From positions 70,864 to 134,863 of the forward strand of contig JAQGDQ010000589.1 in assembly GCA_030141605.1 (NCBI GenBank): a DNA stretch of 64,000 nt, read 5' to 3'. The stretch comes from Tubiluchus corallicola. Its lineage: Eukaryota; Animalia; Priapulida. Made by a program: the position numbers and the translations under genes. Of this stretch, positions 53,640-64,000 are shown one piece after another (the stretch's first letter is position 1; each line of letters opens with the position of its first letter). Below the pieces are notes generated by a model that saw only the letters and a program-made list of their open reading frames with translations, was not told the origin of the DNA and searched no databases.

Positions 53640-55702
53640 CCTCTGATTGGATGTCTAGTCATTGATATGATTGATAAAATTGCAAATGGTCATTTTTTAT
53701 CGTGTTTCATATAAATAAGCAATCAGCTGTAATTAAAAGGTAAAAAGGTGAAACCTGACCAATTCCTAATCAATATTTGTTTGGTATTTTCGTTTTACGG
53801 TAAGTGCAAATAAACATTAGTATACCCTAATTACCTATTCTTTGTCTTAAATAAACCAGCAGCATACCACATGCAGTTGTTGAACCTGGTAAACGCCATG
53901 ATGCAAATGCAAAACTGAAGACATGAAATTACTAAATAAAACGAACAACTTTATTGACGACTAAGCGTTGGTCCCTCATTAATAGAAAAATATAACCGTT
54001 AGCATAAATACATGTACCAAGAATAAGTTGAAATATTAGCTACTGCCAATTTTGTGTGCACAATTAGCTACGTGCCAAGTTTGTTGAATCGTCACTTTTT
54101 ATGTCTTCTATATGGACACAATTATAGCGTTGAATAGGCTGCGTATATAATTGTGATTATTAAGCAGAGCAAAAATTGCTTTTTGTAAAATACGGTCGGC
54201 GAAAAGTGGTAAATTTGATCAATTAACAATAACTACAATAATTTATTTTTTTACGAGCAATACAAAGCATTTCCTCAACTCTTTACAAAACAATAAAATT
54301 AACAGTAAATTTAAGAATTCGGGTACGAATTAAAAATACTAGTAAAGTAATGTCAGCTGACACAGGAAGCAATGATTCTAAGACAGTATTCACTTTTACA
54401 AACTCCGAGATTATTTATAGTTATTATTTAATGCCTTGCAACACTGGTGGGTCTTCTGTAAGGAGAATTCAGGTATTGTTAATTATGATAGAAAAGGTCT
54501 TGCCTAAAACGATCAAAGTATTCTACCTTCTGAAATATGGTTGATTATTATCCCACTTCATCTAAATGGATCGCACTGTGAGAAACATTTGGAACGTTGT
54601 CTACTGAAAACACATGATGTTCATTATTCCACCATCTCAATTATCAAATATTAACACCCCAATATTTTAAAATACAAGTCCAATATTATTTTCTATTAGG
54701 AATACGTGCGTGCGTGCAAATTATAATTAGTTGACTATTTTTTTGGTAGCATTAGAACCAGAAGATTAAGAATCAGGCAAACATTGTCTTCTGGTATAAC
54801 TAGCGCAAAAGTGGACTGCCAAAGTGTCAAGTTTGCAACAGATGTTACAAAGTAGGATAGTGAAACAATCGTGCTTTGCATAGTCCGAATTGACCACAAA
54901 TGAGCTGTGTTTGCACCTTTAAAATGTTAGTTTTACATACATAGATAAACTAGAACTTATTTGCCTGATAGTTTACATTTTCGTACATTTAAGAGGAGTA
55001 CACGAGCTAGCAAAGCAAATGAACGAAAACTTCTAGTACTTTTTAATGAAATATTTTAATAAAATGATGAATTACCTACGAATTAAAATTAGATTTTGCT
55101 CAAATTTAAAATATTTTAAAACGAAATCAATATTGTTAACTAGTATTTTAATGTATAAGTGGTGGCTGTTTTGCAGGTCTTATATGGTTCCTAGACATGT
55201 ACAGTATCATGACTTGACGATGTTATATTTTCTTAGTGTTTTTCTTTCATTTGACTTTGAAATAGCATTAACTTTTCGTCCCTTTTCATAATTTTCCTTT
55301 TTTAACTTGCCATTTATTGATAACAAGGAACAAATTTATTTTGCTCCTTCACTCTCACTCTGGACTGTCACTCTTGAAGAGTGATGCGTGAGTCAGCAAA
55401 TCTCCGAGAATCTATTATAAATATAAATAATAAAAACCATTTATGAGTAAATCTGAACAACACGGGACTTATAGGCCTTTGTGCATTACGAATATGGAAT
55501 CTAGAGTTAGTTTACTGTTACACCGACCAGCACAGCAAGTGGCTCAATGCATCGTACTGTATTATGCAATTATGGTTGTGTTTTGACGTTAGAATAGGTA
55601 AGACAATAGCAAATATTTTCTTTTCTTTAAAAGTACTAGAAGCTTTTGTTCGTTTGCTTTGCAAAATTGTGTACTCATACTGTACGTCATAAAATCTAAA
55701 CC

Positions 55703-56674
55703 ATCAGGCAAGTATGTTCGAGCCTATTCAAGTATGTAAAACTAACATTTTAAAAGTGCAACCGCAACTCATTTGTAGCCACTGAAGACTATGCAAAGTA
55801 TGGTTGTTGCACTGTAACTTTGTAACACCTCTTCTCAACCTTTGACATTTTGACGTTTACGGTAAAGCCCGTGTCAGACAGAGCTGGACATAATCCGCTA
55901 GGTGTATGGGGAAAAAGCCACTAATCAATGATCATTGACACAGAGATAAGTCATTTGCAGTCTTCGTTGTAAAACGTCAGCCATAGTCCGCGGTAGGTTC
56001 TTCACAATCCCCTTGAGCAGCTCATAATGCGGCTTATTGTGAAATGAATTTGGCCATTAATTTCACTTGCCATAAGGCGCTTTTGCTTACCGTCTAATGA
56101 GGTACTTAGTTTATTCGTGGTTTTTACAGTATATAATTCATTTATAAAAATTCATAACACCGAAGGACTATAAACATAAAAAGAGCATTTTAATCCGCAA
56201 CACTCATTCACGATTGCTGTATTACTACAAAGCATATAAGAAATGTATACTGCATAATTCAATGTATGTGACTGAGTTCTATTATTACAATAAACTGATA
56301 GACGGAAATTCTAGTGTAGCTGAAAAAAATTTCGTTATTACTCTTGAACGTTTGAAATAATTTTGCAAATTCTCCTTTACTTCGCCTACTGCTACAAATG
56401 GGTCTGACCTACATTGTCCGTTTAGTTCGTTTTTACTTTTTTTCTCGTAAGATTACGATCCAGTGATTGACGCATTTTCGACATTTTGAATGAGCCAAAA
56501 ACTGATTTGTGCCTCCCACCAAAAAACGGATTATTGCAAAACGCCTTGTTCGTTATCTAGAGAATGCAGCAAAGCACAGATAATGACAGGCGACTCACGG
56601 AAGTTGGAAGACGCCTTATGGCTTACGTATAATGGATAATTGCTTGCTTCTTTTTTCTTTCTATGTGTGTCACT
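55703..56674 (+). repeat. Unclassified ~1 kb interspersed repeat, copy 2
   Basis: Matches 39530-40556. Confidence 0.92.
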
Positions 56675-56699
56675 GGCCTAAAACAAATACATCGTGATG

Positions 56700-58070
56700 T
56701 TACAATTTAACGTGATGACATTAAATGATAGTCAAACAAATCGCTAAAGTTTGTACTTTTCACAAGTGTCTGGAAATGAAACGACGAAGTACATGATTGG
56801 AATATCGCCTTGTCCTGGTTTGCATTGAGATATCACATCTATAGATACATTGGTCGCAAGTCGTGATTGCTTATGTTAGTGTCTTTTATCATTAGAACTC
56901 TGTGTATTCATTTGTTTGAAAGCGTTAAAACCATGGCAAAGAAATGAAGCTCTGACTTCATGTTCATTATTCGTCCATCCATTTCCGTGATCATTTACAT
57001 CGCCAAACTCGATATGAATTCGTTGTTCACGCAAATCATTGACAGCTTCCCAGATTTCATCATTAGGCATGGAATCCAGTGTCTCGAACTGTGAAGGAGT
57101 TAAGGGTGAAGGCATCGTCTTGATAAGGAGTCGTGGTGAATGAGCAGAAGTGTTGAAACTTTCCAAGCTCTGTATAGTCATCTCCATAGAGGTTGATAAA
57201 ATTGGTATGATCTCCGGCTTGCTGCCGCATACACAATGTTAATTAGTGACGATGCACTGGGCATTTGCGATTTTTTAAAATAAACTTTCGTCTTTAACCT
57301 TGGCAGCCTTCGTAGGTCTTCTAAAACTGCCCCAACGTGCGTAAGAGTTTCTTCGCAAAGGAACTGACCCTCCTGCATTGGGCATTGAGCACGGTAGGTT
57401 CCCATCGTCAAGAAGTGATGCATATTTGATAACGAGCTGCAAACAAGAGATTGAGCTTAGTACAAATAATTTGCGTTTTAAACCCCGTAAAATGTGATTT
57501 TTTGTCAGTTATTAAATTATTAACAATTGCAATTATTGTCATTGTAGCGCAGATTATATTCAATGTTGATGTTTGTTGCTTTGAGACAAGTGTCTAATTT
57601 CTGAAGGTTTAAATGTTGCGGATGATTTAATCTGAGTTTGTTGAAAATTATTTAGCTTTTAAATATCTAATATAAGAAAACACCTAGCATTTTGACCTTC
57701 CACAGCCATCTGTTGGAGAATAACACCGATTTTTACACTCACTCTTTCTGCATTCGTATACTAACGATTTTGATGAAAAGAAATGTAAAATATTTTATAG
57801 AACGATCTGGAATAATAATATTTTGTCCCATTGAATGGATGGCGGTTGTCATTTTTTCCCGACGTTAAACAGGTTGTCTTAACTGAAGTATGCATATTAT
57901 AATAGGCATTTAGTTTGAAATTTGGAATATATTGAAACTTCCAAGCGTACTTATTAAAGTAAGGTTCAACATTGTCCTTCAATGCCGTAGAAAATGTCAC
58001 TTAAGCAATATAATATAATTTATAACATTATAATCATCAGCATTAAAAATAATTTCCTTCATTTCCTGGT
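56700..58070 (-). pseudogene. Possible decayed two-exon type II membrane enzyme gene
   Basis: RKLFLMLMIIML*IILYCLSD TM-like start at ~58060; acceptor cttgtttgcag at ~57438; overlapping ORFs 57178-57423 and 56876-57187 joined by a frameshift. Confidence 0.3.
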
Positions 58071-58589
58071 AATGTAATGTATGAATAATTTATGTAATAA
58101 GTCAAGTAGTCAAAATAAGTGGATTTGATGTCGGAACCTATTCCTAATCTAAAGGTGATAGGAGTGATTGATTCTCTCCATATATAAATGACATGTAGCT
58201 GTTGCTTTTTCGTTCAATTAACGATGTGTGAGGAACAACATGATTTTGTCGTTCTATGAATTCATAACCCTACATACTGGACAATTAATTTATCCATTGC
58301 CAACCTTTTCAGTTCATCTTGATACGCACTATTGCATTATACACAAAAAGCGTCTGAAAGAAAAATTCATAGAATTAAACACGCTAAAGAAAACAATGAG
58401 ATACGTTAAGATGCCAAGTTTTCTTCGAACTTTTTAAATTCGTGTATGCTCCCCCAAGCGCCACTAGCACCACAGGAGCGAAGAATTCTTTTCTCCTTCG
58501 TAGTCTCATCATAGTTTTATTACAAAGAAGTACAAAAAAGCATTTACCCTGTTATAAACCGTTTCACATGCCATTGATAAATTCGTGAG

Positions 58590-59420
58590 CTATTTATAAT
58601 CAGATCAATGATAATCTCTTTATTACCAAAACAGTCCTTCAAAAGTCGATAACAATGGAATAGTTTTCGGCACTCATCGTGTATTTGTTATCTCTCGGGC
58701 TGCTTCTCCTGTCAGCTTAGTCTTCAAATAGTGGAACCCGATGTGCATCATGCAGTCTAGCGTTTTCGTGGACTGCTGCTGAAAATGAACATCACCCCTC
58801 TGTCCAATATACTACATTTCCAGAAAAAGTTTTCAAATCAAATTTAGGCAGCATAGTCGTTCTAAATCTACTACATTGACCGCTATAATTAACACCAAAA
58901 GTGATACTTGGAATATCACGATATACAGGAGTAGGCTCTACCAGTGTTATAGTAAGATGAGGAAATGTCCAACATAATATCCAATCCAATGGTTAACTAA
59001 TTAAATCGTTCCAGTAAATCAAAGTGATTAGCTGTTATGGATCTCATATCCGCAGATCTTCCCTCAGAAGCAAAACCCGAAGACAATAGCCAACAACAAA
59101 TCCAGTTTAGCCTTTAAATTCACGTTTAATGTACGAGAGAAGTTAAGCAGCTTTGTACCAGTTTTTGCGGCTTCTTAAGATTGTTTAAATACCTCCTCTT
59201 CTTCTTGGATGTCTCAAAGTATTGCCTCATATTCCTCGGAAAAAGTCAGGCGAAGCATCATGATTTTAGGACAATTTTTTATTATTTCAGTAGATGTGGG
59301 ATCATCGGAATCTTGACCTGTATCTGGAATTTCTGTATCTGGAATTTTTCCCTCAGAGCAAAGTTCATATTGTTTTGTCGTCCTGTTTACCCAGTAAAAG
59401 AGAAAAACACACAGGCAAAG
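58590..59420 (-). mobile_element. BEL/Pao gag fragment (DUF1759)
   Basis: LPKFDLKTFSGNVVYWTE, AVHENARLHDAH, HYLKTKLTGEAAREI, ENYSIVID. Confidence 0.8.
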
Positions 59421-60119
59421 CAACAGCAGAGTAAAAATGAGTTACTGAATAATATTCTGTAAACTGACTTGCAAATAGTTAACTTTACATGCTTAAGTAT
59501 TGGCCCACTGTAGCTAGGATCTGAAATGTTGATCTTATTTCAACATCGCAGTAGTTTAGATACTGAACATTTACGAAATGCTTAAACCAGTTATGCATCC
59601 TGCATCTACATCCCGCCTATGCTCATATTACCATAATTATGCATTTAGATAATTACGTAGTTAATGAGGCAGTGCTAGTAGTGATTCACTTGGCTTAAAA
59701 GTTACAGAGGCGTACGTTCTTACTATACATGGAACACTTTTAACTAGCTTTAAGCAGAATAACATACTATAATTGTCCAATTGGAAAGATGTTTCCGGCA
59801 TGAATTGCAATTTCTATATGTGGCTAATATTTCGCTACGTTTTTCATAACATAAAAACAATTTGTGTTTGAGTATTCTTACTTTCATTTCTTTGGACTAG
59901 TTCAACAAGTTTATAGTCAAAAGCGACAAATATAGTATTGCAAGTATTGCTTTTATAGGCCTATGATGCACCCAAGCATCCATCGTCCAGCTTCTGATTG
60001 CTGGCTTCCAGCATCCATTGTTCGACCTCAGGTTGTTGGCTTCCAGTATCCGGCATCTAACATTCAATGGGTAGTTATACTTAACAACAAAGCGTCTGGT
60101 GTGCAATCTGTATCTTCTC
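58877..60119 (+). repeat. Left arm of long inverted repeat B (visible part)
   Basis: Position x pairs with 122877-x; identical mirrored ORFs at 59181-59462 and 63415-63696. Confidence 0.98.
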
Positions 60120-61429
60120 TGCAGAGAAAGAAAATGGACGATATTAAATTATTTTTCAGTGTTTTCTTTTCTAACGTTACTTATTTGTATAACAACTTGC
60201 AGGTCCGATCATTAATGGCTGTTTGAGGAACAGAGGCTTGACGATGGAGGCCATATGCTAAAAAAAGGAAGAACTTCAAACGTCTGTCTTCCAGTGTCCG
60301 TTACCAGATTTTTTTTTGTTTCATCATTCTTTGACAATATTTACATTCTTTCTCACTTCTAGACACTAGGCGCACAGGACCGATGCAGGACACTTTGGTG
60401 TATCATGAGGATTAACTGTGAAGGACATTAGTTCATATAGTCCGTGAGCCAGACAACTTCTTGGTATCATCCTGGGTGGGGTAATTCCTGTACGAGATAA
60501 CAATAACTATTAGAAAGAAATGTTTGTTTCAATTTAAATTTTGATTGTTATAGACAGCAAAGATAATTAGTAAAAAAATGCCTAATTAGTATAAGTTCGG
60601 AAAGAGAAATTTTACTTCTGACTATGAACAGTATATGAAATTAACAATGCTTCCATCTGGAATGCCTGTGCAAAAGAAAACAAAAACAAATATATGCGTA
60701 TAATTATCACGGCAACGTAGTGACAATATTTACAATAACACAAATGTGTGGATGCTTTCAATTAGTATTGCATTAGTACAAAATTGTTGAATGTTTTCGA
60801 CTGTGTCAAAAACTGTGGCAAAATTGTGCTTCCATGACAAGAGATGCTTTAGTAACAGCTGTAAGTATTTTTTTTTTCAAAATGGTTAATACACATTCAA
60901 CAACATGTAAGAAAAATTTATTGGTTTGCTGGACCTTACAAGTTCAGTGAAATCTGAAATTGTCGCTTTTTGCCTGAACCATGCTTGATTACTTGCTAAT
61001 TTTATTTCTTCTGAGTTGAAAACAAAACTTTTTCACCAATGACCCGACCGATTACCAATTTAGTAACTAAATTGGTAACAAGTTAGTAAGTTAGTATCTT
61101 GGTACTTTTTTGCTTTACTTGGTAACCAATCACACAAGATTGCCGTTGTGCACAATGGGGTATAAGATGCAATTTTTTCCTATCACGTGAGAATAACAAG
61201 TCGTTGGCTAGTTGTGGTTAGTTGTTAGTTGTTAGCTAGATATAGGCCTAATTATCGAAAGCTAATTTGCCTCATAGCATGCTCAAGCAGGTGAACAAAA
61301 TGTACAATGCAGCATTCATAACTAAATATTATGCCAGATCCATAAAGGCTTTCTTCTGATCATAATTATCAGTCCATCGAGTTTTAGGCATGGAAATTAA
61401 AACAAAACAAAGTTTTCGAGAAGTCATTT

Positions 61430-62340
61430 GTTGCTTCCTAAAGTGGGAGATCGAATGGTCCTGTCAAGTTTAAACAATGAGATAAGCACAAACAAAAAAG
61501 AACATAAATCTTGCAAGTTGTCTATTGCCAGGAGCTTTGCTACACGCGCGAATATTCACTTATATAAGTCATCGTCAAAAATAAGAACTGCCACAATTAA
61601 TAATACAAGAAACCTTCCTCAGATTAGTACAACTGACAGCACTAACTGTATATGTCCCATATGCAACAGTATGCACAGGTTGCATGCAAAAATCTAATTG
61701 TGAGGTATGTAGTTGTCGCCTTAACACTTTGCTTCATGACGAATCTTACACTTTAAATTAAAGCATAAAAGATTGCAAACAAAACTGATTAAGTTTTGGA
61801 GCAGGATAAAATTGTGCGTATAACTTGAGTCCTGAGCAAGGCCATTTCACACTAGGCAGAAGAAGTTTATGAGTTGAGTCTGGATGTTCTCATTCACTAA
61901 TCCTACCTGTTTACCTGCACTGCAAGGACAGGCCAGAGAATAAACTACTTCTTTATCCTTTATTTGATCCTCATTCAAATTCGTGCCTAATAACAGAGTT
62001 TGCTGCAGAAAAACTGGAAGCGTTACAAACGTTATTCGTCAAATATTAGAAGTGCCACAGTTAATAATACAAGAAACCTTCCTCAGATTAGCAAAAATGG
62101 GCTGGCAGGACCGGTTACTAACTGCATGTGTCCCTATTCCAGCGGTATACAGAGAAAATGTTGAGATAGGATTACTTATTGGTTCCAATTGCTCATCTCT
62201 CATGAAACCTTGAACAAGTATCGCTGGGGAGGATAATGTTGCTTAAGCGATTAAAATAGGCCTTGGTTGGGGTGACATTGCCAGGTAGTAATAGAGTCAC
62301 GTTCACCTGTGTACAGTGCATCTATTCGGTTCATGTAAAA
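61430..62340 (+). mobile_element. BEL/Pao gag zinc-knuckle and protease-region fragment in the palindrome spacer
   Basis: CPICNSMH, CEVCSCRLNTLLH, EIGLLIGSNCSSLMKP..GLGWG. Confidence 0.75.
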
Positions 62341-62757
62341 TCATTCATTTTGCTTTGCGTCACTCAAGATCTCATGTTTGTAGGCAGATAAAATTTCAGC
62401 AGTAAATAGCATAATCAGTAGGGCAATAGTTTTGTCATCTTGTTGTTAAAATTGTGTCAGTTAAAATTGGTTTGGAGATTAGAAAAAATTGTAACTAGTC
62501 ACTTAGAAAAGATACAGCCTGTGCCTTGTGCACTATTTTCTGTAAATCAAGTGTCTAGTGACGTTGACGTTGTTACAAAATTTATCAGATTTTCATTTAT
62601 TTCTTTGTCATTCAATATCGTAAAGTAAGGTAAAGAAAGTAAGCTAGCCTTGATTCCAAACTTGCTTCACCGTATGTCGTATGTAAATATTCGCTGTCAT
62701 GGAAGTGACAGATTTTAAATGGGGCAGACCAAAAGGCAACTTCAGTACAGGATTAGT

Positions 62758-64000
62758 GAGAAGATACAGATTGCACACCAGACGCTTTGTTGTTAAGTAT
62801 AACTACCCATTGAATGTTAGATGCCGGATACTGGAAGCCAACAACCTGAGGTCGAACAATGGATGCTGGAAGCCAGCAATCAGAAGCTGGACGATGGATG
62901 CTTGGGTGCATCCTAGGCCTATAAAAGCAATACTTGCAATACTATATTTGTCGCTTTTGACTATAAACTTGTTGAACTAGTCCAAAGAAATGAAAGTAAG
63001 AATACTCAAACACAAATTGTTTTTATGTTATGAAAAACGTAGCGAAATATTAGCCACATATAGAAATTGCAATTCATGCCGGAAACATCTTTCCAATTGG
63101 ACAATTATAGTATGTTATTCTGCTTAAAGCTAGTTAAAAGTGTTCCATGTATAGTAAGAACGTACGCCTCTGTAACTTTTAAGCCAAGTGAATCACTACT
63201 AGCACTGCCTCATTAACTACGTAATTATCTAAATGCATAATTATGGTAATATGAGCATAGGCGGGATGTAGATGCAGGATGCATAACTGGTTTAAGCATT
63301 TCGTAAATGTTCAGTATCTAAACTACTGCGATGTTGAAATAAGATCAACATTTCAGATCCTAGCTACAGTGGGCCAATACTTAAGCATGTAAAGTTAACT
63401 ATTTGCAAGTCAGTTTACAGAATATTATTCAGTAACTCATTTTTACTCTGCTGTTGCTTTGCCTGTGTGTTTTTCTCTTTTACTGGGTAAACAGGACGAC
63501 AAAACAATATGAACTTTGCTCTGAGGGAAAAATTCCAGATACAGAAATTCCAGATACAGGTCAAGATTCCGATGATCCCACATCTACTGAAATAATAAAA
63601 AATTGTCCTAAAATCATGATGCTTCGCCTGACTTTTTCCGAGGAATATGAGGCAATACTTTGAGACATCCAAGAAGAAGAGGAGGTATTTAAACAATCTT
63701 AAGAAGCCGCAAAAACTGGTACAAAGCTGCTTAACTTCTCTCGTACATTAAACGTGAATTTAAAGGCTAAACTGGATTTGTTGTTGGCTATTGTCTTCGG
63801 GTTTTGCTTCTGAGGGAAGATCTGCGGATATGAGATCCATAACAGCTAATCACTTTGATTTACTGGAACGATTTAATTAGTTAACCATTGGATTGGATAT
63901 TATGTTGGACATTTCCTCATCTTACTATAACACTGGTAGAGCCTACTCCTGTATATCGTGATATTCCAAGTATCACTTTTGGTGTTAATTATAGCGGTCA
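62758..64000 (-). repeat. Right arm of long inverted repeat B; runs off the window end
   Basis: Reverse complement of 58877-60119. Confidence 0.98.

Overview
AT-rich eukaryotic genomic DNA, most likely from an invertebrate animal (GT-AG introns, microsatellites, many decayed retrotransposons). The recognisable host genes all look like Golgi-type (type II membrane) glycan-modifying enzymes from unrelated families: a GT10 alpha-1,3-fucosyltransferase pseudogene (3379-4472), an intact DUF268 methyltransferase-like gene (6615-7697), a three-exon WSCD-type sulfotransferase with one frameshift (14494-19159, minus) and an intact single-exon heparan-sulfate 3-O-sulfotransferase-like gene (52572-53639). 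There are also several orphan or decayed type II membrane exons and a duplicated multi-exon gene relic. Two long inverted repeats run off the window edges: 1-1361 vs 10912-12262, and 58877-60119 vs 62758-64000. An R2-like retrotransposon 5' fragment (3 zinc fingers plus Myb) sits outside rDNA with a candidate HDV-like ribozyme. The rest is BEL/Pao, Gypsy, LINE and SWIM-transposon debris, LTR-like elements and a 16-bp minisatellite. All calls come from reading the sequence by eye; TE boundaries and mismatch counts are approximate.
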